Notes under the pieces: generated by a model
Seen by the model: the letters and a program-made list of their open reading frames with translations, nothing else
What the model was told of the DNA's origin: nothing
Databases searched by the model: none
NCBI GenBank assembly: GCA_946625225.1
Contig: CAMOTA010000003.1
Coordinates: 205 to 64,204 of the forward strand
Source: an uncultured Eggerthellaceae bacterium
GTDB lineage: Bacteria; Actinomycetota; Coriobacteriia; Coriobacteriales; Eggerthellaceae
Direction: 5' to 3'
Length of the DNA stretch: 64,000 bases
Part shown: positions 9,617 to 16,788 of the stretch, piece after piece
Layout of the letters: every line of letters begins with the position of its first letter
Position numbering within the stretch: position 1 is the stretch's first letter
Translations under genes and position numbers: made by a program

Positions 9617-9948
9617 TCCACCCGCAACCCCGGTCTCGCAGAAACGAGGGCGGACTTGCGGGTGGACGGGGCCACGGGGACGCCGCTTTCCACCCGCAAC
9701 ACGCACTTCGTGGAAACGAGGGCGGACTTGCGGGTGGACGGGGCCATCAGAGCGCCGATTTCGGCCCTTTGCAGGCAGAAGGCGGGGGTTGCGGGTGAAA
9801 TCGCAAGTTGCCGGCAAGAGCCGACCAGGGAAAACTCCACCAGGAGCCTCCCGGGAAGCGGGAAATCCACCCGCAACACGCGCCTCGTGCGGCGAAAGCC
9901 CGGGAAATGCCAATCTGGTGGCCCCTTCCACCCGCAACACGCGCCTCG
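9617..9948. repeat. Cluster of TCCACCCGCAAC motifs. Two 58-bp units (9617-9674, 9689-9746) each contain the inverted repeat TCCACCCGCAA...TTGCGGGTGGA; further copies lie at 9789, 9866 and 9927.
   Basis: Direct reading. The two long units are ~90% identical and spaced 72 bp apart. The cluster lies 270-600 bp upstream of the pilin gene at 10216. Confidence 0.75.
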
Positions 9949-10186
9949 CTCCCGCCGCTGGCCGGGCTGTGGAAAGCAACTGGTCAGTTTCGATTCCGCG
10001 GGATAACTGACCAGGCGTCCTGCCTCGCCGATTTCGAATATGGGCTTGCCCCTCGCAGCTTTCAGCCGTCTTGCGCATTTGCCGCCTCGCCCGCAGTATC
10101 GCCAACAGACTAGAAGATCTGGCCGATGGTAAATCGGCCGGAGCCCCCCTTCTAAATGTACGTGGGTTAGCCATGCCCGACAAAGG

Positions 10187-10344
10187 ATCGCCTTCTTCGA
10201 CTGAAGGAGGCTTCTATGCTAGACATGCTCAAGGAGCGCAAAGCCGCGCTCGAAGCCCAAGGCCAAAAGGGCTTCACCCTGATGGAGATGCTCATCGTCA
10301 TCGCCATCATCGCGATCCTGATCGCCATCGCCATCCCGATTTTC
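10187..10344 (+). repeat. Left arm of a 158-bp inverted repeat (RBS plus the first 43 codons of the pilin gene)
   Basis: Only 2 mismatches against the reverse complement of 18892-19049. Nucleotide identity collapses immediately after 'CCGATTTTC'. Confidence 0.9.
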
Positions 10345-10665
10345 TCCGGCCAACTAGAGAACGCCCGCGAGGCAACGGACGCAGCGAACATCCGCTCTGC
10401 ATACGCCGAAGCCGCGACGCATGCGCTTTCGGACGCGAATGAAGACTTCACGGCAACGGTGGATAAGCAGCAGGCGCAGGCGGATTGGCAGAACACCTCT
10501 CTCGGCACCGAACTCATCGGAGGCATTGCGGTGAACAGCCTCAACTCCAATACGCCCACGACGATTACCTACACTGCCGCGAACTCTTCCGACACAAATG
10601 CGGGTAAGATTATGATTGATGGCCAAGAGGCGGTGACTTCGTTCGAAACGCAGACGCAGCCTTAA
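10216..10665 (+). CDS. Type IV pilin (prepilin-type N-terminal cleavage/methylation domain); major-pilin candidate, copy L
   Basis: 149 aa. The class III signal is 'MLDMLKERKAALEAQGQKG|FTLMEMLIVIAIIAILIAIAIPIF' (Gly-1, Phe+1, Glu+5). A strong RBS (GAAGGAGG) precedes the ATG and the gene has its own terminator at 10703-10736. Confidence 0.9.
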   Translation: MLDMLKERKAALEAQGQKGFTLMEMLIVIAIIAILIAIAIPIFSGQLENAREATDAANIRSAYAEAATHALSDANEDFTATVDKQQAQADWQNTSLGTELIGGIAVNSLNSNTPTTITYTAANSSDTNAGKIMIDGQEAVTSFETQTQP

Positions 10666-10702
10666 GTCGATAGCATTAGTGCAGGATAGAATCCAGTTTG
10701 CT

Positions 10703-10736
10703 GGAAGGTGCCGCCTCGGCGGCACCTTCTTTTGGT
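10703..10736 (+). terminator. Rho-independent terminator after pilin copy L
   Basis: GGAAGGTGCCGCC / GGCGGCACCTTC stem followed by TTTTGG. Confidence 0.75.
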
Positions 10737-10978
10737 CTAGGAACAGGCAAAAGACAACGGGGACGGAGAATGCTTTGACAGCTCTACACCATCAGACGTC
10801 TTGCTACGGTGCGGATATGTTTTCTCAGGTAGATAGCTGGAATTATGTGCGACTGCACATAACAATGAGCAACGGCGTAACCAGACCGAATTTCGGGTAG
10901 CACGCGCGTGTGTCAGGAGGGGGCGTTGCAGCCTTGTGGCGCCCCCTCTTCATGTGGCAGCTGCTAGGTGAAGGCGAA

Positions 10979-11011
10979 AATGAGTCGGGAGAACCGATCT
11001 CCCGACTCATT
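10979..11011. repeat. 33-bp perfect hairpin element (AATGAGTCGGGAGA-N5-TCTCCCGACTCATT), copy 1
   Basis: Identical 14-bp arms also occur at 18395-18427 and 21598-21630; only the loops differ. Confidence 0.85.
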
Positions 11012-11268
11012 GGGGCGCGTCCCGGCACACGGCCGTCGCGCTCGCGCGGGCGTTCATTATGCATGCCGCGGCGGCGTTCGCCCCCGCCCTCCCGGGGCTC
11101 GCGGCAGGAAACGGCCTTGTACGGTGCCGGGGACGCCAGAAAGCGCCGGTGTACGGAGCTTTCTGGCGGGAAACGGCCTTGTACGGTGCGAAAACGGCCC
11201 TTCGCCCTCCGTACATGGGCGATTCCCGCCACGAGGCCCGCGGCGGGGGCTCCCGGGCACCGTACAAC

Positions 11269-11299
11269 GTGTGTCAGGGGGACGTTTCTCTTGACACGC
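11269..11299 (+). repeat. 30-bp REP-like element (consensus GTGTGTCAGGGGGACGTTTCTCTTGACACAC) plus adjacent conserved module 'CGCnCTTTTGTCGAAGGAAnCATCCCTGG'
   Basis: Direct reading. The same element plus module recurs at 13369-13430 and, inverted, at 18444-18504. Confidence 0.85.
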
Positions 11300-11487
11300 T
11301 CGCACTTTTGTCGAAGGAATCATCCCTGGTGCACTAGCAAAGACAGCGGGGACGGAGGCTATTGTCTTCCCGGCTAGCAGACAACGGGAACGGAGGGTGT
11401 TGTCTCCCTGGCCAAGCGTCGTCGCGGCCTTGTCGGCGACGCGAGTAGACAAGGCCCCTCCGTCCCCGTTGTGTGCTCCCGCCCCCA

Positions 11488-11596
11488 GGCGCCGTCGCCT
11501 GCGCCCGTCCGGCTTCGGCAAACCGCGCATTTCGCGCAATCTCGTGCATTTTGCGCCCGGAGCTGCATGAGATTGCGCATTATGCCCGGTTTCGCC
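11488..11596. repeat. ~110-bp repeat 'B', left copy (inverted relative to 16399-16506)
   Basis: ~88% identity to the reverse complement of 16399-16506. Contains the internal inverted repeat GCGCAATCTCGTGCA...TGCATGAGATTGCGC. Confidence 0.8.
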
Positions 11597-11640
11597 TGGC
11601 CCCCGCGACGAGGGCTGCCGCAATCACATGGAAACGCCGC

Positions 11641-11669
11641 GTGTGTGGGGGGCGTTTCTCTTAGCACGC
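11641..11669 (+). repeat. Degenerate REP-like element (GTGTGTGGGGGGCGTTTCTCTTAGCACGC)
   Basis: Direct reading. Its position relative to repeat B mirrors 16357-16386 relative to the right B copy. Confidence 0.6.
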
Positions 11670-11774
11670 GAATGTCAACCGGCGGTTTACCTCTCTCCGG
11701 CGGCCGGGGCGTATCGTCTTTCCCGTAAGCGGCGGACGGCACGGGGGCCGGCCGCACGAAGGGAAGGACGCACC

Positions 11775-12422
11775 ATGAAAAAGGGTCTGACGGAGCTCGT
11801 GTTCGTAGTGGATCGCAGCGGGTCGATGGGCGGGTTGGAAAGCGATACGATCGGCGGCTTCAACGCCACGCTCGAAGCGCATCGCAAGCAGCAGGGCGAG
11901 GCCGTGGTGTCCACCGTGCTCTTCGACAACGAAATCGAGGTGCTGCACGACCGGCTGCCCATTGCCGAGGTTGCGCCCATCACCGAGCGGGAGTACTGGG
12001 TGCGCGGGTGCACGGCGCTGCTCGACGCCGTCGGCGGGGCGGTGAAGCACATCGGGCGCGTGCACGGCTATCTGCCCGAGGAATATCGTCCCGAGCGCAC
12101 GATCGTGGTAATAACGACCGACGGCATGGAAAACGCCAGCTGCAAGTACACCTACGACCAGGTGAAGGCGCTTATCTCGCAGAAGGAAAAGGAGGGCTGG
12201 AGCTTCCTGTTCCTGGGCGCGAACATCGACGCGGCGGCCGAGGCGGACCGCATCGGCATTTCCGCCGACCATGCGGCCACCTACCTTGCGGACGACGAGG
12301 GCACGCGCGTCATGCACGAGGCGCAATGCCAGGCAACCGTGGCCATGCGAGGCGGCGCATCGCTGGCGGGCGGGGCGTGGAAGCGCAACATCGAGCGCGA
12401 CACCGCGGCGCGCGGCAGGTAG
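11775..12422 (+). CDS. von Willebrand factor type A (vWA) domain protein
   Basis: 215 aa from the internal ATG 'MKKGLTELVFVVDRSGSMGG' (MIDAS motif DxSxS). An RBS (GGGAAGGA) lies upstream. The longer track ORF (11628) starts inside repeat DNA. Confidence 0.8.
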   Translation: MKKGLTELVFVVDRSGSMGGLESDTIGGFNATLEAHRKQQGEAVVSTVLFDNEIEVLHDRLPIAEVAPITEREYWVRGCTALLDAVGGAVKHIGRVHGYLPEEYRPERTIVVITTDGMENASCKYTYDQVKALISQKEKEGWSFLFLGANIDAAAEADRIGISADHAATYLADDEGTRVMHEAQCQATVAMRGGASLAGGAWKRNIERDTAARGR

Positions 12423-12427
12423 GCAAT

Positions 12428-12458
12428 GCGTCAAGAGAAGCGTCCCCCTGACACACAC
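12428..12458 (-). repeat. REP-like element (inverted orientation)
   Basis: GCGTCAAGAGAAGCGTCCCCCTGACACACAC, located 6 nt after the vWA stop codon. Confidence 0.8.
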
Positions 12459-12791
12459 GATGAAAAGGCGCGCGCGAACGTTCGCCAAGCCGGTGAGACG
12501 GCCTTCGCGCGTCTAAGCAACAGCCCGGCTCTGCCGGGCATGGGCAAACACGTCTAAACTAATGGAAGCGCCGCATGCTCAACTTTTGGCGCATGCCATC
12601 ATCGTTGCGTCAGCAAAAGCCAGCTCTCTTCTTTGCTAGATGCCGATTCTCGGAAGGGCACTATGCAGCTCCAATCCCGATAAACTTAACTCGTACACCA
12701 ATATTTTACGTTCAGGTAAACTTCAAGTATTATATTACCTATAAGTAAACTGTTCTCAAATAGTACGAATACGTAAAACGTCAGGAGCCCA

Positions 12792-13016
12792 ATGGTTTCC
12801 GAAACTTATATCTGGGAAGGGGCCGACCTCGGCAGGGCGCTGCGGGAGAGGAGGCGCTCGCTTGGCATTCGCCAAGCCGACGCGGCGGCTGCCCTCGGCT
12901 TCTCGCCTCGCCTCCTTTCCGAAATGGAGAACGGGCGCGACACCGTCGCGTACGGGAAAGTACTGCGCTATGCCGGCTACTTGGCCATGGACCTCGTGCT
13001 GCGCGAGAGGGGCTAG
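12792..13016 (+). CDS. XRE-family helix-turn-helix protein (antitoxin-like)
   Basis: 74 aa; 'LRERRRSLGIRQADAAAALGFSPRLLSEMENGRDTV' is a classic HTH_XRE motif. It is preceded by a ~250-bp AT-rich stretch. Confidence 0.75.
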   Translation: MVSETYIWEGADLGRALRERRRSLGIRQADAAAALGFSPRLLSEMENGRDTVAYGKVLRYAGYLAMDLVLRERG

Positions 13017-13018
13017 CC

Positions 13019-13369
13019 ATGGCGGTTCCAAGGCGCTACGAGATACGCTTGTTCGACAGGCCGCTCGTCGAATTCGCCGTGAGCGACGGGCTCATGGGCC
13101 CAGACATTGAACTAAGCGATTACGACAGCACGGCCTTGCCCCTCATGCCCTGCGGTCTGTCTCTTACGCCTGAAGGGATCAGGACCTGGCTCGAGATTAG
13201 GTCCATCCCGACGAACCGCCGTAACGCCGCTCGGATATGCCGCGAGCTCGGCTTCAAGCTCGGCGACTTGGAAGCGCTCTTCGAGGCCCTTGATGCAGCA
13301 ATTGCCAAAAGGGCCCCTGCCAGCGATGGCGCATTCCGATTGGCACCCGGAAACGTTGATTTGAATTAG
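13019..13369 (+). pseudogene. Hypothetical 116-aa ORF, possibly a truncated HipA-like toxin N-terminal fragment
   Basis: It starts 2 nt after the HTH gene stop. The 'IRTWLEIRSIPTNRRNAARICRELGF' motif resembles the 'WLxxRxIPxxRxN' motif I recall from N-termini of some HipA-family kinases. The ORF ends exactly where the REP pair at 13369 begins. This is a weak, memory-based assignment. Confidence 0.3.
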
Positions 13370-13470
13370 CGTGTCGGGGGGACGCTTCTCTTGACACACG
13401 CGCGCTTTTGTCGAAGGAAGCATCCCTGGCGCACTGGCAAGTGTGTCAAGAGAAGCGTCCCCCGACACGC
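13369..13470. repeat. Inverted pair of REP-like elements flanking a ~40-bp conserved module (MITE-like, ~100 bp)
   Basis: GCGTGTCGGGGGGACGCTTCTCTTGACACAC ... GTGTGTCAAGAGAAGCGTCCCCCGACACGC; the two arms are reverse complements. Confidence 0.85.
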
Positions 13471-13558
13471 GTCCCCGCTTCTGGTCCTGTCAGGCCGATG
13501 GGATACAATGGCATGCAACCGAAATCGGCTTTGCGCCGCGAATGCATGGAGGACGAAC

Positions 13559-14782
13559 ATGGCTGGTGAAGCGTTGGAGATGGATGGCGAGAGGAAGCCC
13601 GTAGAAGTCGTGCTGGTAACGGGATACCTGGGGGCGGGAAAGACCACGCTGCTGAACAGCGTGCTTTCGAACGACCGGGGCCTGAGGGCTGCGGTTATCG
13701 TGAACGACATCGGCGAGGTGAACATCGACGCCGACCTGCTGGGCGATGGCCCGGATGCGCTGGCTCAGAGCGTGGTGCCGCTGACGAACGGCTGCATTTG
13801 CTGCACGCTTTCGGACGACCTGGCCGCGCAGCTGTCGGACCTGGCCCAGGCGGGCGCTTACGACTACATAATCGTGGAAGCTTCGGGGATATGCGAGCCC
13901 ATGCCCATTGCCTACACGATTTCGGAGTACTGCCAGCAGGCGGCGGAAGGGGCTTCCGCCGCCACTGCTGCGGACGAGCCTGCGGTTTCCACGGCGGAGC
14001 CCGCCGCTGCCACCGGCGCCGCTGCCCCCGCGCCCGCGCCCTTGCTGGCGCTGGACAACATCGTGGCCGTCGTGGACTGCGCGCGCATGTTGCACGAATT
14101 CGACGGCGGGAAACGCCTTTTGCGTCAGGACCTGAACGAAGACGATGTGGAAAGCCTGCTCGTGCAGCAAATCGAATTCTGCACCACGCTGGTCCTGAAC
14201 AAAACGGACCTGGTCAGCGCAGAGCAGCTGGCCGAAGTGCGCGCCATCGTGCGCACGCTGCAGAAAGACGCGACCATCGTCGAAGCCGAACATGGGCAGG
14301 TGCCGCTCGGCCAGGTGCTGGGGACGCGCAGGTTCGATTTCGACGAGGTGTACCAGTCGGCCGCATGGCTGGACATGCTGGCCCACCCCGAAGAGCACGA
14401 GGACCCCGAAACGCTGGAATATGGCATTTCCACGTTCGTGTACGAACGTCGGCGCCCCTTCAGCGTACAGGCGTTCTCGGACTTCGCCACGAACTGGCCC
14501 GACTCGGTCATTCGCACGAAGGGCTTCGCATGGGTCGACCAAGATCCCGATACCTGCTTCATCCTAGAACAGGCGGGCGCCCAGCGCTCGTTCACCGACA
14601 ACGGGCCGTTCGTGGCATCGTTGCCCGAGGAAGACCAGCAGCGCATCTTGCAGCAGAACCCCGGCGTTGCCGCGCGGTGGAGCCCCGAATGCGGCGACCG
14701 CCTGATACGCCTGGTGTTCATCGGGAAGGACATGGACCGCGCCGCCATCGAGGCGCGTCTGGATGCATGCCTTGCGGGCTAG
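13559..14782 (+). CDS. CobW/YjiA/ZigA-family G3E GTPase (putative metallochaperone)
   Basis: 407 aa from 'MAGEALEMDGERKPVEVVLVTGYLGAGKTTLLN' (P-loop). It has the 'NGCICCTL' CxCC metal motif and a CobW_C-like C-terminus, plus an Ala/Pro-rich insert. An alternative start is at 13508. The track ORF start at 13391 lies inside REP DNA. Confidence 0.85.
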   Translation: MAGEALEMDGERKPVEVVLVTGYLGAGKTTLLNSVLSNDRGLRAAVIVNDIGEVNIDADLLGDGPDALAQSVVPLTNGCICCTLSDDLAAQLSDLAQAGAYDYIIVEASGICEPMPIAYTISEYCQQAAEGASAATAADEPAVSTAEPAAATGAAAPAPAPLLALDNIVAVVDCARMLHEFDGGKRLLRQDLNEDDVESLLVQQIEFCTTLVLNKTDLVSAEQLAEVRAIVRTLQKDATIVEAEHGQVPLGQVLGTRRFDFDEVYQSAAWLDMLAHPEEHEDPETLEYGISTFVYERRRPFSVQAFSDFATNWPDSVIRTKGFAWVDQDPDTCFILEQAGAQRSFTDNGPFVASLPEEDQQRILQQNPGVAARWSPECGDRLIRLVFIGKDMDRAAIEARLDACLAG

Positions 14783-14854
14783 CCGCAACCAAAGCCCGCC
14801 AGCACCCGCGCCGCTTGGCGGGCGCGCAAGAGAGAGCGCGACAAGGAGCACAGC

Positions 14855-16348
14855 GTGCCGCTCACGATAGAAAGAAACGACTTGTCTGCGGTTTCGGCCG
14901 ACGCCATCGTCGTGGCCGCGAACGAATGGCTTCAGATTACCGGCGGCGTGGGAATGACCGTCGCCCGGGCGGCCGGCCTGCAACAGCTGCAGGCGGCATG
15001 CGACGCCATCGGGCACTGCCCGTGCGGTTCGGCCGTGGCAACGCCTGCGTTCAACCTGGATGCCCGGGTCGTGGTGCATGCCGTCGGACCTACGTGGCAC
15101 GGGGGTCATCGCGGCGAGGCCGACACCTTGCGCGAGACCTACGATGCGGCCCTGGAATGTGCCTTCGCGGAAGGCGCCCGTTCCGTTGCCCTTCCGCTTA
15201 TATCGGCAGGCACGTATGGTTTCCCGTCGGACGTTTCGCTTGCCGTTGCCCGCGAAGCCATCCGCGCGTTTTTGAACAGGCACGACAGCATGAACGTGCG
15301 CCTCGTGTTGTACAGCCGCGAATCCGTTGCCGCCGGCATAGCGGCCTATCTGGACATAGCGGAGTACATAGACGATCACTACGTGGCCGACAGCGCCGCA
15401 TGGAACGTGCCGCAGGAGAGCATCATCTTCGATGCGCAGGCACCTGGCCCTGCATTTTCCGGCCCGCGTTTCGAATCTGAGGACGCGGGCGGAGAATCGC
15501 CCCGTCTGCAGGCGGGCGCAATAGACGCAATAGACGCGATAGACGCGATGGGCGCGATGGGCGCGATGGATGCGGCAGCCCCGGAAGCTCGGCAGCCAAA
15601 GGAGCGGCGGGGCCTCTTCGCGCGTTTCGGCGAGGCGCTGGAGCGTTCGCGGCCGCGGCGAGACGAATCGCGCGACGGGGAAGGCGTCGCAGAAGGCGCA
15701 ATCGCAGACGGCAGCGCATCGGCCGTGCTGCTCGCGCCCCAAGCAGCGCCCGACGAAATTGCAAGCGAGGCGGACTCCATCGATGCGGCCATGCTCGATG
15801 CGGCATTGGAGGAAGCGTCGGCTGAGCCCTCTATTGTCGCCCCAGCCCCGGCCGCTTCACCGAGTTCCCCCACTTCGGATGGCGTACAGAGCGCCGAGCG
15901 CGCGATGGGTTCGGCGGGCGCGCTGGTCGCTCCGGGTGCCACAGGCGCGCTGGAGCCGGTCGGTACGGCGAGCATGCGGGGCACACCACGCCTGGAAGAC
16001 CTGCTGGACAACCTGGACGCCCCGTTTTCCACGACGTTGCTTGCGCTTATCGACGAGCGGGGGATGAGCGACGCGCAGGTGTACAAGCGCGCGAACATGA
16101 GCCGCCAGCTGTTCAGCAAGATTCGCTCGAACGCATCGTACCGCCCCACCAAGAAAACCGCCCTGGCCCTGGCCGTGGCGCTCGGGCTGGATTTGGAAGA
16201 GACCCGCGCGCTGCTCGGCCGGGCCGGTTTCGCGCTTTCCCGCAGCAGCAAGGCAGACGTTATCGTGGAATACTTCATCCGCACGGGCAACTACGACATC
16301 TTCCAGATTAACGAAGCCCTATACGCCTTCGACCAGCCCATTCTCTAG
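14855..16348 (+). CDS. Macro domain protein fused to a C-terminal HTH (XRE-like) domain
   Basis: 497 aa with a GTG start. Macro-domain motifs: 'AIVVAANEWLQITGGVG', 'VVHAVGPTWHGG', 'SVALPLISAGTYGFP'. A long acidic/Ala-rich linker follows. The C-terminus 'LLALIDERGMSDAQVYKRANMSRQLFSKIRSN...PTKKTALALAVALGL' is HTH-like. Confidence 0.8.
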   Translation: MPLTIERNDLSAVSADAIVVAANEWLQITGGVGMTVARAAGLQQLQAACDAIGHCPCGSAVATPAFNLDARVVVHAVGPTWHGGHRGEADTLRETYDAALECAFAEGARSVALPLISAGTYGFPSDVSLAVAREAIRAFLNRHDSMNVRLVLYSRESVAAGIAAYLDIAEYIDDHYVADSAAWNVPQESIIFDAQAPGPAFSGPRFESEDAGGESPRLQAGAIDAIDAIDAMGAMGAMDAAAPEARQPKERRGLFARFGEALERSRPRRDESRDGEGVAEGAIADGSASAVLLAPQAAPDEIASEADSIDAAMLDAALEEASAEPSIVAPAPAASPSSPTSDGVQSAERAMGSAGALVAPGATGALEPVGTASMRGTPRLEDLLDNLDAPFSTTLLALIDERGMSDAQVYKRANMSRQLFSKIRSNASYRPTKKTALALAVALGLDLEETRALLGRAGFALSRSSKADVIVEYFIRTGNYDIFQINEALYAFDQPIL

Positions 16349-16356
16349 CGCACATA

Positions 16357-16386
16357 TGTCAAGAGAAACGTCCCCCTGACACACAC
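16357..16386 (-). repeat. REP-like element (inverted orientation)
   Basis: TGTCAAGAGAAACGTCCCCCTGACACACAC, located 9 nt after the macro-HTH stop codon. Confidence 0.85.
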
Positions 16387-16398
16387 GGCAGGGGCCGA

Positions 16399-16506
16399 GC
16401 GAAACCGCGCATAATGTGCAATCTCATGCAATCCTGAGCGCAAAATGCATGAGATCGCGCGAAATGCGCGGTTCGCCGAAACCGGGCGAGCGCGGGCAAC
16501 GGCGTT
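16399..16506. repeat. ~110-bp repeat 'B', right copy
   Basis: See 11488-11596. Confidence 0.8.
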
Positions 16507-16788
16507 CGAGAGCGGCAGGCCGCTCGGCGGCGCTCGCGCGCTCGTCGAACCCGTCGACCGCCGCCTGCTGCGCCCCGTACAAGGCGGCGGCCGGGGCCAT
16601 CATGCTCGAGGTGGAGCGGTTTGGCTCACACGAGGTGCGCCATGCGCAGCGGCAGGTAAATCCTGTTGCCTTCGCCCTCAGGGTCTGCACGACCGCGTTC
16701 GATGCGTGTCGGGATGCAGCTCGAATCGTACGGCTGGGCCGATATGTCCATTATATACGCGCGGACACCCGCCCACGTCATGGTAGCT

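Noticed and set aside
9617-9948. Possible CRISPR array
   Set aside because: The repeat copies are irregularly spaced (72, 100-177 and 61 bp) and occur in both orientations. They are only 12 nt long outside the two 58-bp units. No cas genes are nearby.
11334-11549. Apparently conserved small peptide 'MHEIARNARFAE...' (also in 16445..16786)
   Set aside because: The conservation is explained by the ~88% identical non-coding 'B' repeat. Downstream of the repeat the two ORFs are unrelated. Neither has an RBS.
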